A stretch of DNA of 64,000 nucleotides, taken from positions 17,371 through 81,370 of the forward strand of contig CAIKBL010000026.1 in NCBI GenBank assembly GCA_903825645.1, given 5' to 3'. Numbering within the stretch: position 1 is the stretch's first letter; every line of letters begins with the position of its first letter. Shown piece by piece: positions 1 through 9,646 of this stretch. The notes beneath the pieces are model-generated. The model was not told the DNA's origin. It did not search any database and saw nothing but the letters and a program-made list of their open reading frames with translations. The translations under genes were made by a program, and so were the position numbers. This DNA is from an uncultured Pseudomonadota bacterium. GTDB taxonomy: Bacteria > Pseudomonadota > Gammaproteobacteria > Ga0077536.

Positions 1-1750
1 AACGATCGCTATTGCCGAGGGCGTACGCCTTCGTTACGACATTCTCAAGGGACGGCACTGGCATGCGGTGCGCCACATTCGAAATCGCGCGACGCACGCA
101 GCTCTCTATGGGTAAGATTTCCGTGGGGCCACTCTGGGTGTGCTTGAGATTGGCGAGCATGCGGTTCATTTTAGCCACCGCGTCGCCAACCGTATCAAAA
201 GCGTCAGCGATAAATTCGGGGTTGGCGAGATGTCGCTCCGAATTTCGATTCACGAGGGAAAGCTGCGCCACCACATTTTTGAGATCGTGCACCAAAAACG
301 CGGAAAGCCGGTTAAAGGCTTCGAACTGACGAGCACTCGCGAGCTCATCTGTTGCGCGCATGAGCGCGAGATAGCCGGCCGCTTGGCGTCCTAGAATACC
401 CAAGAGTATACGGTCCTCCCACGAAATCCGTTGGCCTGAACGCGACTCCCCGAGTAAGACAATGGCAAGTAACTCATCGCCGTGCACAATCGGCATCAGT
501 AACCAGGCACGTGGCAGTGCCAACAACCATGCCGGAATTCTGGCGAGCTGTTCAACCGTCACTTGCCCCGCCGCCGCATGAAGGTCAACAATACCGCCGT
601 CATCGGTAAGCGCCGCCAAAAGCGGGTGCCCCTCTGGAATATCTTGGATCCGTAGGCGCTCTATTTCCCAGTGGGTATCGACACCAAATGCCCCGGTCAA
701 GTTTCTTCGCCACATCACGCCGCCGGTCGCGTCCATAATATCGACTATCGCCCGTAACATGCTCCGGCGCAGCTCGTCAGGTGTGCTGTCGCTCTGGGAG
801 AGTCGATTAGTAAAGGATAACCAGACCTCCCCATAATCATATTTTTCGCGATAGAAATGCTTTGAAAGGAAAAGCCGCAAGCGGGATCGGAGGCTTACCG
901 AACCCACCAGAGAAATAAGGACCAGGAAAGCCGCAAAAAGAAGCACCACCCTGAGCGCATTACCCCACTCCCCGCCAAAGGCGCGGAGGTAGTAACCGGC
1001 ACCAGCCATGCCAAGGAGGTAAACACCGCCGGCCACGATGGTCGCGCTGTGAAACGCGATTTGGCGCGAGACGAATAGATTATGTTTCCACTCGCGACTA
1101 CGCGTCGCCGAGATGGCGAGCAACGGTACTGCGAGCCCGTTGGCGGCAGCCCGCCCTGACCATAATGCGGCGTCTAAGTGATTAAAGAGTACGCCATCCG
1201 TATAGAGCGCGAAATCGTAGGCGAAGATGGCGCCAATACCCAAACAAAAATATTTAATCGCCCATCGCCGTTCAAACGCCGTGTTTCGATAAAGCTGTTC
1301 AATCAACGTTAGACCCGTGATGGAAAGAATCAAAAAAAGGAGTAGTGTCATCTTCGATAAAACAGCCGGGCTTGCCGCCACCCCCGACACGTGTCCCGCG
1401 AGAATGGTCGCAGTCGCCGTCATCGCAACCGCAATGATGGGACCCCTTGACCACCAGAGATGCCGCGAGCGGCTCACCGCGTCGGCCCGATGACCCAGCA
1501 GGGAAAAAATCAAGCCGAACCATGTGAGATCGCGACAGATTTCGACGATCCACAGCGCATCGCTGCTGATCCAGATCGTCATGTTTTTATAATAGAGCAC
1601 CTGCAGGACGCACCAGCCCGTCGAGAACGCTCCCGCGGCAAGCAACCAGCAGCCGGGCAACGATCGAGGCTTTTGTCGAAGCAATAGGCCCGTAAAGACG
1701 CCATAACATAGGGCGCCGACGAGGGATGACACAAAGAGAACGTCAGGCAT
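1..1750 (-). CDS. prsK: PEP-CTERM/XrtA system histidine kinase PrsK (3' end runs off the window)
   Basis: Not in the ORF track. Hand translation from ATG at 1750 (MPDVLFVSSLVGALCYGVF...) gives LIEQLYRN...RWAIKYFCLGIGAIFAYDFALY and the H-box RQFEAFNRLSAFLVHDLKNVVAQLSL. It lies directly downstream of the PEP-CTERM sugar transferase. Confidence 0.9.
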   Translation of the reverse strand, partial: MPDVLFVSSLVGALCYGVFTGLLLRQKPRSLPGCWLLAAGAFSTGWCVLQVLYYKNMTIWISSDALWIVEICRDLTWFGLIFSLLGHRADAVSRSRHLWWSRGPIIAVAMTATATILAGHVSGVAASPAVLSKMTLLLFLILSITGLTLIEQLYRNTAFERRWAIKYFCLGIGAIFAYDFALYTDGVLFNHLDAALWSGRAAANGLAVPLLAISATRSREWKHNLFVSRQIAFHSATIVAGGVYLLGMAGAGYYLRAFGGEWGNALRVVLLFAAFLVLISLVGSVSLRSRLRLFLSKHFYREKYDYGEVWLSFTNRLSQSDSTPDELRRSMLRAIVDIMDATGGVMWRRNLTGAFGVDTHWEIERLRIQDIPEGHPLLAALTDDGGIVDLHAAAGQVTVEQLARIPAWLLALPRAWLLMPIVHGDELLAIVLLGESRSGQRISWEDRILLGILGRQAAGYLALMRATDELASARQFEAFNRLSAFLVHDLKNVVAQLSLVNRNSERHLANPEFIADAFDTVGDAVAKMNRMLANLKHTQSGPTEILPIESCVRRAISNVAHRMPVPSLENVVTKAYALGNSDR

Positions 1751-1810
1751 GTGCCGTGTCAAACATCGAGATTAGCTGCCACAGGTCGTCATCTTGATCG
1801 CCTGCATCAG

Positions 1811-3223
1811 TCAAAGGGCTCCCTTGCCCCAGAGGACGACCTGAACGGTTTGAATGAGCACATTTATATCCAGGAAGACACTGTAATTTTTCAGGTAATA
1901 GAGATCATATTGAAGCTTTTCAAGCGCGTCATTGACTGATGCGCCATAGGGATAGGAAACTTGGGCCCACCCGGTGATGCCAGGCTTTATATAGTGACGA
2001 AGTGCAAAGTAGGGAATCGTCGCCTCAAGATCCTTGACAAATTCAGGCCGTTCCGGCCGTGGTCCGACAAAACTCATCTCTCCGCGCAACACATTCAGCA
2101 ACTGAGGGAGCTCGTCTATCCTTGTTTTGCGCAAAAAACGTCCCGTGCGCGTGATGCGACTATCGTTCTTCTGGGCCCAAACCGCCTGACCATCGCCCTC
2201 TGCGTCAACCCGCATGCTTCTGAATTTGTAAACCTCGAATATTTTCCCAAGCAATCCGACGCGCGATTGCCGATAAAAAATGGGGCCACCGGACTCCGCC
2301 AGAATGGCTATCGCCGTCACGCACATCAGGGGCAGTGCCAGGGCAAGGAGAAGGCTCGCTAACAAGATGTCCAATAGCCGCTTCTCGGTTTTTTTGAGAA
2401 CTGCTTCGGTGAATCCATCGGAAAAGATGATGTTGCTCGGTTGAATCTCATCGAGACGAATTTTACCTAGCTGACGCTCGAGGAATGTCCCGACCTCGAG
2501 CACGCTGACACCGTTCATCTTGCATTCGAGGATTTCATTGACGGGCAAGCCCTTACGGCGCTCATCAACAGCAACGACGATTTCGTCAATCGAAAATCGG
2601 TCCGTTAATTCGCGTAGGCTGCCTGAGCGTCTTATGACAGCCGTATCGGCCACGACCTGAACGTCCAGTCCCGAATCGACATAACCAACGATGACAATAC
2701 CCGCGCGGTCGGCAGCTCTTCGCAGCTTCTCTATCTGATGAGCACGTGATCCGATGCCCAGCACAAGGACGCGACGCGCAAAACGCACATTGGTCGCGTC
2801 AGAGCAGAGCAGTCGGCTAGTCGTGATGCCGATAAACGCGATCAATAAAGCAACGACGACGTTCGTCCAGAAAAGACCGCCTGGCTGATCCCGTAACGTG
2901 AGCCCGTACAGGATCAACAGACCGATAAGCATACTAAGCGTCAATCGGATGAACATCTCGATAGGATCATGGCGTTGGTCGCGCTGATAGAAGCCCATGG
3001 CGACCATTCCAGTCAGGACAGCGAGACAAAACACGGCGGCGCTCGCCCACAACGAAGTGGTCGTACAAACGACCAGTGGGATGGGGTAGACATTACCCGT
3101 TGACGCTTGCTGCGCGACGAGCGCCACGAGCGTACCCAGATAAGCCGACACCAATAAAACAAGCGTTTCCGCCAATGCAAACAGCACCAACGCAACGGGG
3201 ATATAGTGCCGAAAAAGCCTCAC
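1811..3223 (-). CDS. PEP-CTERM system-associated priming sugar transferase (polyprenyl glycosylphosphotransferase)
   Basis: 470 aa with N-terminal TM helices. C-terminal Bac_transf motifs KFRSM, RIDELPQLLNVLRGEMSFVGPRPERP, KPGITGWAQV. Adjacent to prsK. Confidence 0.9.
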   Translation of the reverse strand: MRLFRHYIPVALVLFALAETLVLLVSAYLGTLVALVAQQASTGNVYPIPLVVCTTTSLWASAAVFCLAVLTGMVAMGFYQRDQRHDPIEMFIRLTLSMLIGLLILYGLTLRDQPGGLFWTNVVVALLIAFIGITTSRLLCSDATNVRFARRVLVLGIGSRAHQIEKLRRAADRAGIVIVGYVDSGLDVQVVADTAVIRRSGSLRELTDRFSIDEIVVAVDERRKGLPVNEILECKMNGVSVLEVGTFLERQLGKIRLDEIQPSNIIFSDGFTEAVLKKTEKRLLDILLASLLLALALPLMCVTAIAILAESGGPIFYRQSRVGLLGKIFEVYKFRSMRVDAEGDGQAVWAQKNDSRITRTGRFLRKTRIDELPQLLNVLRGEMSFVGPRPERPEFVKDLEATIPYFALRHYIKPGITGWAQVSYPYGASVNDALEKLQYDLYYLKNYSVFLDINVLIQTVQVVLWGKGAL

Positions 3224-3489
3224 CGTTTAGTATCCAAAAGTCATGACCCTTCTGCTGGTCTGTTCTATTCGTTGGGCGACGAGACTTACACCACTCTCGC
3301 CGGCAGGAAATTGCGCACCCGAAGAACGCCGGTGGTCTCGAAAATGTCCACAACAATCCTAGATTGCCTGCCCAAGTAGCGGATCGGCTGGGCGTTTACT
3401 TTAGTCACCGTAGGTCTCTAGGCGCCTCGTTATCTGCTCGCGATGAGGCAAAAACATGCGTTGCCGCGCGGAGCCCGAGCAACGCCGGC

Positions 3490-6129
3490 TCAAGACAGCA
3501 CTGAGAAGGACGCAGCATCACGCCCATCGATGCGCTCTAGCGAGACGACATGCGACTCACTGTCGGATATGTCGCGAGGGTGCTGTCGACGTTGCTCGAA
3601 TAACAAGTCGATCAGCGCTTTTTTCTTAATCGGTTTAGTCATGAAGGCCGTGCAGCCCGCGAAGAGACTGCGATCACGTTCTTCGATCCCGGAATGCGCC
3701 GTGAGCGCAATAATGGAAACCGGGTAGCGTCCTATCTGGGCCTCCTCCACGCGAATCTGCCGCGTCGCCGCATAGCCATCCATCACCGGCATTTGCACAT
3801 CCATCAAAATCAGATCAAAGGCGCCTTCCCGCCACCGGCTAACTGCCTGTGCCCCATTCTCGGCCACTGAGATATCGTACGGCTCACCGCGAAGATAAGT
3901 CTCCACCAGTAGCCTATTATAGGCGTCATCCTCGACCAGCAGAAGCCGCCACCGCATAACAGACGAGAACGCTGTGGTGGGACGCCGGGTGGTTAACTCG
4001 TCTGCCGCCGGGAACAGCGACGCCATGGCGCGATAAAGCACTTTTCGGCGCATCGGCTTGCGTAGGATACCGCCCAATTCCGGATCGCCGGCGCGGGCCC
4101 GCCCTAGGCGACCCGGGGAGGTGGTCAGAAGAAAAATAGACGCCGGCTTTTGTCCCTGCGCCACTAAAGCCCGGATCGTCGCATGTCCATCCATCTGTGG
4201 CATTAACATGTCACAAAGCACGACATCGAATTCACCACCGTGTGTCTGCGCTACGCGAAGTGCAGCAATCGCCTCCTGCCCCCCCGCTACGGCTAAGACC
4301 TGAGCGCCCGCAGCGCTCAACATCTGGGCAATGAGGGTGCCGTTAACCGCGTCATCGTCGACCACAAGTGCCCTTTTCCCGGAGAGCGCCGGACGGACGG
4401 GCTCAGGGAGATCGTGCGGATTTCCCGGTTTGAGTGGTATTTGAAACCGAAAAATACTGCCCTGACCAACGATGCTCTCAACGGATATGGTCCCCTCCAG
4501 GAGTTCAACCAGACGTCGGCTGATTGCCAGCCCGAGTCCGGTTCCACCATACCGACGGGTCGTCGATGGATCTCCTTGCGTAAAATTTTCAAAAATGGTG
4601 GCAAGCTTTTCCGTCGGAATACCGATCCCCGAGTCGGCAACCGCGCATCGCAGAATGATCTCCGGCGTCTTAACCGCGCAGATCTCCGCGGACAAGATGA
4701 TTTCACCGCTGGCAGTGAACTTGACGGCGTTAGAGAGCAGATTCAGCACGATTTGGCGAATCCTGAGTGGATCGCCCCGCAAAACCGTGGGCGCCGCCGT
4801 CACCATGTCGAGGGAAATCTCGAGACCTTTAGCCGCCGCCGGAAATGCGCATAGATCGAGCGTCTCTTCGAGTAATTCACGAACGTCGAAGGAGATCACT
4901 TCAAGCGCAACCTCACCTGATTCTACTTTCGATAGATCGAGAACATCGTTCACTAAATGTAAAAGTCCCTCGCCTGCCCTGCGGAACACTTCAACATAGC
5001 GAATCTGATCAGTAGACAATGGTGTTTCCGCTAGGAGCTCCGCCATACCCATGATGGCGTTCAAGGGGGTCCGAATTTCGTGGGTCATGCCTGCCAAGAA
5101 ATTCGCTTTGACCTGAGAGGAAACGAGCGCCTCGTCGCGAGGCCGAGCGAGGACCTGCGGCTGACTCCTCAACGTTGTCTCAATTGACTTCGCGTGAGTC
5201 ACGGTCTCACTCACCATCAAAATTCTGGCAGCTACCGTGATGAGCAAGGCCGGTATAATACATAGGCTCACGAGGAGCGCCGCAAACAGAATGTTCTCAT
5301 CCAAATCTTGCCAACCGAGGACGCGCTGTGTCGTTAGGCGCAGCGAATAGTGGTCGGACAGAACCTGCCGGTCGTCATGAAGTGCGTTGATGGTCCATGG
5401 CAGAGGCGTCATAGAGGATTTGTAGGTCATCAGTGGTCGTGGCGGCAAACTCTCCCCACCACGCCAGAGCGCGAAGGTAGGAAGATGCCGGGCATCTGCG
5501 CCGATCAAAAATGCTTCGGGATCTATCCACACAACCAATAGAGCCGAACGCGACGACGTCGAACGATCAGACAATCCGAGCGTCCGCGCCAGGGTATAAC
5601 CGGGCATGTCGGCGTCGACTGCTTTCGGCAGATTTATTCCTGCCGTTTTTGTAAGTGGGAGGTTAGAAGAAGCCGAGTCGTCTGTCTTAAACGATAACGG
5701 AAAATTACTCTCCGGTCGGCGTACGCAGTTTTTTCCTAAAACGACAGTGGGACCTGCGGCGGCATTAGTGACATACAGAGCGACGCCGGACAAAAAGACC
5801 GTGCTGCGAAATGCTGCTGTACAGCCCTGCCGGAACTGAGGTGAATCTGCGCGGATACCCGAATCACGGAATAACGGCACCAGTGATTCCACTGTATTAT
5901 CGAGGGTACCAAGCCGCGCGCTCAGCAACTGTTTGAGGATATCCGTATCGTCCCCAAACCGTTGTTCAGCCTTAGCCAGCAGGTGCATCAAAGCACCTAC
6001 CAAAAGCAGGCTCGCGAGAATAATTCCGCCTGCCACAAAGAGCGCAGAGGCAATACGCTTTTTAAAGAAAGACGGGGCATTCAACAGGGAGCTTGGAACG
6101 GATTCGGGCGTGATCCCTTTCACGCCCAA
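3490..6129 (-). CDS. Membrane hybrid sensor histidine kinase with two receiver domains
   Basis: Two TM segments, H-box FLAGMTHEIRTPLNAI, N-box NLLSNAVKFT, G-boxes DSGIGI and GGTGLGL, receiver motifs CDMLMP and MDVQMPVMDG. TTG start. Confidence 0.9.
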   Translation of the reverse strand: MGVKGITPESVPSSLLNAPSFFKKRIASALFVAGGIILASLLLVGALMHLLAKAEQRFGDDTDILKQLLSARLGTLDNTVESLVPLFRDSGIRADSPQFRQGCTAAFRSTVFLSGVALYVTNAAAGPTVVLGKNCVRRPESNFPLSFKTDDSASSNLPLTKTAGINLPKAVDADMPGYTLARTLGLSDRSTSSRSALLVVWIDPEAFLIGADARHLPTFALWRGGESLPPRPLMTYKSSMTPLPWTINALHDDRQVLSDHYSLRLTTQRVLGWQDLDENILFAALLVSLCIIPALLITVAARILMVSETVTHAKSIETTLRSQPQVLARPRDEALVSSQVKANFLAGMTHEIRTPLNAIMGMAELLAETPLSTDQIRYVEVFRRAGEGLLHLVNDVLDLSKVESGEVALEVISFDVRELLEETLDLCAFPAAAKGLEISLDMVTAAPTVLRGDPLRIRQIVLNLLSNAVKFTASGEIILSAEICAVKTPEIILRCAVADSGIGIPTEKLATIFENFTQGDPSTTRRYGGTGLGLAISRRLVELLEGTISVESIVGQGSIFRFQIPLKPGNPHDLPEPVRPALSGKRALVVDDDAVNGTLIAQMLSAAGAQVLAVAGGQEAIAALRVAQTHGGEFDVVLCDMLMPQMDGHATIRALVAQGQKPASIFLLTTSPGRLGRARAGDPELGGILRKPMRRKVLYRAMASLFPAADELTTRRPTTAFSSVMRWRLLLVEDDAYNRLLVETYLRGEPYDISVAENGAQAVSRWREGAFDLILMDVQMPVMDGYAATRQIRVEEAQIGRYPVSIIALTAHSGIEERDRSLFAGCTAFMTKPIKKKALIDLLFEQRRQHPRDISDSESHVVSLERIDGRDAASFSVLS

Positions 6130-6512
6130 ACCACGCGAATACGGGACAGATAATCGGAAAACCGCCGCACGATCTGACGGACCGCACCCGCATCGGCATT
6201 CAAAGCGGCCACTTCGATTTCATCGCCAAAAAGCGAAATCAGATCGAAACCGTACCCCCCGCCCGAACCCTTCATAGAATGGCCAATGAGGCGAATTTTC
6301 GGGAAATCGTTTTGCGCGACCAACGTCAGGAGCGTGTCAACCTCTCGTCTTCTATTGGCAAGAAATCCAGGCACCAAGGCGGCGATATCCGCATCGACAA
6401 TCACCATAATAGGGTCATTCATGCTGCCATCGTATCCACGATCACGCCCGACCAATGGTAGAAAACCAAGATAAGATGAAGAACGATCGGTGCTTAAAAA
6501 AGGCATGAACAT
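6120..6512 (-). CDS. Stand-alone Hpt phosphotransfer protein (true start may be ATG 6422, MNDPIMV)
   Basis: IGHSMKGSGGGYGF Hpt motif; overlaps the start of the hybrid kinase. Confidence 0.8.
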   Translation of the reverse strand: MFMPFLSTDRSSSYLGFLPLVGRDRGYDGSMNDPIMVIVDADIAALVPGFLANRRREVDTLLTLVAQNDFPKIRLIGHSMKGSGGGYGFDLISLFGDEIEVAALNADAGAVRQIVRRFSDYLSRIRVVWA

Positions 6513-6649
6513 TCATGTTTTTGACACGGGTAGGTAAATCGATCATCACCACAGAAAGTGCCGCGGCAAAAAGAGAACGCCCGTCATCGGGATCACTTCA
6601 TGCGCGATGATCACTATTGGGCGCAGTTCATTCACCGCAAAGGAATGCC

Positions 6650-8482
6650 CTATTCAACTGTCACGGATTTTGCGAGATTCCGAGGTTGATCCACATCGGC
6701 ACCCTTCAGGACCGCAACATGATAGGCGAGCAGCTGCAACGGCACCGTATAGACAATTGGCGCGAGGAAATCTGCGACGGCAGGGATGCGAATAATGTGG
6801 AACCCCGGTCGCTCCGGCACGTTAACTCGCGTGTCGGCGAAGACATAAAGCGCGCCGCCCCGCGCTCTTACTTCCTCCAGATTCGATTTTAATTTTTCTA
6901 AGAGTTCATTGTTCGGCGCTATTGCGATCACGGGCATTTGATCGTCGACCAGTGCAAGCGGGCCATGCTTCAATTCCCCTGCGGGATAGGCCTCTGCGTG
7001 GATATAGGAAATCTCTTTTAATTTGAGCGCACCCTCCATGGCAATCGGGAACATTGAACCACGCCCGAGATAAAGCATGTGTTGCTTGTTGACAAACGCC
7101 TCCGCCAGCGTGGCGATAGTATCGTTCAGTTCGAGCGCCAGATTAACTTTACCCGGCAAACTTTCAAGGAGGGCTACTAACGCCGCTTCCTTTGCCGCGT
7201 CGAGGCCATGTCTGCGTCCGAGGACGATGACGAGAAGCATGAGAGCCGCGAGCTGGGTAGTAAATGCTTTAGTCGAGGCGACGCCGATCTCGGGACCTGC
7301 GCGCGTCATCAGCACCATTTCTGATTCTCGCGTCAGAGAGCTTTCAGGCACATTGCAGATCGCCAAGGTGTGAGCGTAGCCGTTTTTCCGGGCCTCTCGC
7401 AGGGCCGCCAACGTATCCGCTGTCTCGCCCGACTGAGAGATCGTGACAAACAAGGCATCTGGCGGCAGGACGGCACGACGATAACGATACTCACTGGCGA
7501 TCTCCACCGTGCAGGTGACCCGCGCAATTTCTTCAAACCAGTAGCGCGCGACCATGCCCGCGTGATAACTGGTGCCACAAGCCACGATAGTGACCGCGCG
7601 GATCTTGTTGAGCTTCTTCTCTGCGTCCCGACCGAAACTCTCATCGAGTACCCGACCGTCGCGCAGACGGCCCTCTAGCGTCTCGGCCAAGGCGCGAGGT
7701 TGAGTGAAGATTTCTTTTAGCATGAAATGCCGATAGCCAGATTTCTCCGCGGCATCTGCGGTCAGGCGTGAAATGGTCTCTGGGCGTTGGGCGATCATGC
7801 CGTTTTCATCGTAAATCGTGACCGTTTCGCGGGTTAACTCCGCGATGTCGCCGTCTTCCAGAAAGATAAAGCGTTGCGTCACGGGAAGTAGGGCAAAAAC
7901 ATCGGAGGCGATAAAATTCTCTCCGATGCCAAGCCCGATGACCAAGGGGCTGCCGCGGCGCGCGGCGATCAGTCGATCTGGACAATCTCTCGCCACAACA
8001 CCCAGAGCGAAAGCGCCGTCGAGGACGCGTGTTGCCTTCTGCACAGCCGTCAGGAGATCACAGCCCAGTTCGAGATGGCGGTGAATTTCGTTGACCGCCA
8101 CTTCGGTATCCGTATCGGACGAAAACTCGTAGCCATCCGCAATCTGTTGGCGCTTTAATTCACCATGATTTTCAATGATGCCATTGTGGACTAAGGCCAC
8201 GTGGTCTCGACAGACGTGGGGATGTGCGTTACGCGTGCTAGGCTCGCCATGGGTTGCCCAACGGGTATGCGCAATGCCCAGGGTGCCCTCTAGCGGTAAT
8301 TGAGCGAGCGCATCGGCAAGACCGGACACTTTGCCCAAAACGCGTTGGCGCGCCAAGGCATGCTGGGCCGTCAGCACCACCATGCCGGCCGAGTCGTAGC
8401 CGCGGTATTCAAGGCGCCGCAACCCCTCGAGCAGAATGGGGGCGACGTATCTTTGGGCGACAGCACCGACGATTCCGCACAT
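6650..8482 (-). CDS. glmS: Glutamine--fructose-6-phosphate aminotransferase
   Basis: N-terminal [24 protein letters not shown]-terminal [11 protein letters not shown]. Confidence 0.98.
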   Translation of the reverse strand: MCGIVGAVAQRYVAPILLEGLRRLEYRGYDSAGMVVLTAQHALARQRVLGKVSGLADALAQLPLEGTLGIAHTRWATHGEPSTRNAHPHVCRDHVALVHNGIIENHGELKRQQIADGYEFSSDTDTEVAVNEIHRHLELGCDLLTAVQKATRVLDGAFALGVVARDCPDRLIAARRGSPLVIGLGIGENFIASDVFALLPVTQRFIFLEDGDIAELTRETVTIYDENGMIAQRPETISRLTADAAEKSGYRHFMLKEIFTQPRALAETLEGRLRDGRVLDESFGRDAEKKLNKIRAVTIVACGTSYHAGMVARYWFEEIARVTCTVEIASEYRYRRAVLPPDALFVTISQSGETADTLAALREARKNGYAHTLAICNVPESSLTRESEMVLMTRAGPEIGVASTKAFTTQLAALMLLVIVLGRRHGLDAAKEAALVALLESLPGKVNLALELNDTIATLAEAFVNKQHMLYLGRGSMFPIAMEGALKLKEISYIHAEAYPAGELKHGPLALVDDQMPVIAIAPNNELLEKLKSNLEEVRARGGALYVFADTRVNVPERPGFHIIRIPAVADFLAPIVYTVPLQLLAYHVAVLKGADVDQPRNLAKSVTVE

Positions 8483-8821
8483 ACGCTAAGCACTCCCTCT
8501 ATTTTGAACTTGTCTGCCGTGACCGCATTTAACAGAACGCACTGCACCGGACGCGTAGATCCCGTCTCCGTCAGGTTAGCGGCCTCTATGGACCATAGCT
8601 TTGAAAGTTTCGTTGCGTTGACATGGCTGTCAAGAACTATTGCTGCCCTCGAATACGACGGGATACAGCTTCCGCTTCAACGAATGCCGTTGTCACAAGC
8701 GTAGAAATTTGACGAAAAAGACACTTGTGCGCGATCCCAGAACGGGCCCCAACAAGCTAAAACGACAAGGGATACAACGGTACCGGGGTAGGGCCACCGC
8801 GAACGTAAAAGACACTAAATA

Positions 8822-8898
8822 TGGTCGGGGCGGCGAGATTCGAACTCGCGACCCCCGCAACCCCATTGCGGTGCGCTACCAGGCTGCGCTACGCCCCG
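8822..8898 (-). tRNA. tRNA-Pro(GGG)
   Basis: 77-nt cloverleaf CGGGGCG...ACCA; anticodon arm CCGCA-ATGGGGT-TGCGG; T-loop TTCGAAT. Usual position after ihfA-merR. Confidence 0.96.
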
Positions 8899-9007
8899 AC
8901 GGAAAACAATCTTAGTGCATAACGAGTTGGAGATTGACCCGGACGATTCTACGACATTCGCTGCCCCGCGTCCTACTCGCACCGCGTATCAGTCTCCGGG
9001 ATCGCGT

Positions 9008-9364
9008 CTAACGACGCAAGATATCCAGCACTTCCTCAAGCTCAGTTCTTAATTGGCGGACGATCTGCTGGCTCATGCTGCTATCGGCCTTCACCTCATC
9101 CCCCGAAAGTCGTTGCCTCGCCCCGCCAATGGTGAAGCCGTGCTCATAAAGCAGACTCCGGATCTGTCTGATCAGGATGACATCCTGGCGCTGATAATAG
9201 CGACGGTTACCGCGCCGCTTGATGGGCTTGAGTTGCGGAAATTCCTGCTCCCAATAGCGCAGAACATGCGGCTTGACTGCGCAGAGATCGCTGACTTCGC
9301 CAATCGTGAAGTAACGCTTGCCGGGAATGACGGGCAGAATATTATTGTTCGATGCTTCCAGCAT
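9008..9364 (-). CDS. MerR-family transcriptional regulator
   Basis: [30 protein letters not shown]; conserved gene after ihfA. Confidence 0.92.
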   Translation of the reverse strand: MLEASNNNILPVIPGKRYFTIGEVSDLCAVKPHVLRYWEQEFPQLKPIKRRGNRRYYQRQDVILIRQIRSLLYEHGFTIGGARQRLSGDEVKADSSMSQQIVRQLRTELEEVLDILRR

Positions 9365-9644
9365 AGGCTTCCACTCTTGCTTTCAATTTTTGGCCGGGTC
9401 TGAAGGTCACCACCCGCCTAGCGGAGATTGGGATTTCTTCTCCTGTCTTGGGATTGCGTCCCGGACGCTGGCTCTTGTTTCTCAAATCAAAGTTGCCAAA
9501 CCCTGAGAGCTTCACCTGCTTCCCGAATTCCAGGGATGCACGGATCTCTTCGAAAAATGCCTCGACAAGCTCCTTAGCCTCTCGCTTATTCAAGCCGAGA
9601 TCATCAAAGAGACGCTCGGCCATATCGGCTTTTGTTAACGCCAT
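9342..9644 (-). CDS. ihfA: Integration host factor alpha
   Basis: [27 protein letters not shown]; follows pheT. Confidence 0.97.
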   Translation of the reverse strand: MALTKADMAERLFDDLGLNKREAKELVEAFFEEIRASLEFGKQVKLSGFGNFDLRNKSQRPGRNPKTGEEIPISARRVVTFRPGQKLKARVEAYAGSIEQ

Positions 9645-9646
9645 GA

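Noticed and set aside
8483-8821. glmS ribozyme upstream of glmS
   Set aside because: The conserved core (AGCGCC cleavage site, GACGAGG) was not found on the coding strand.
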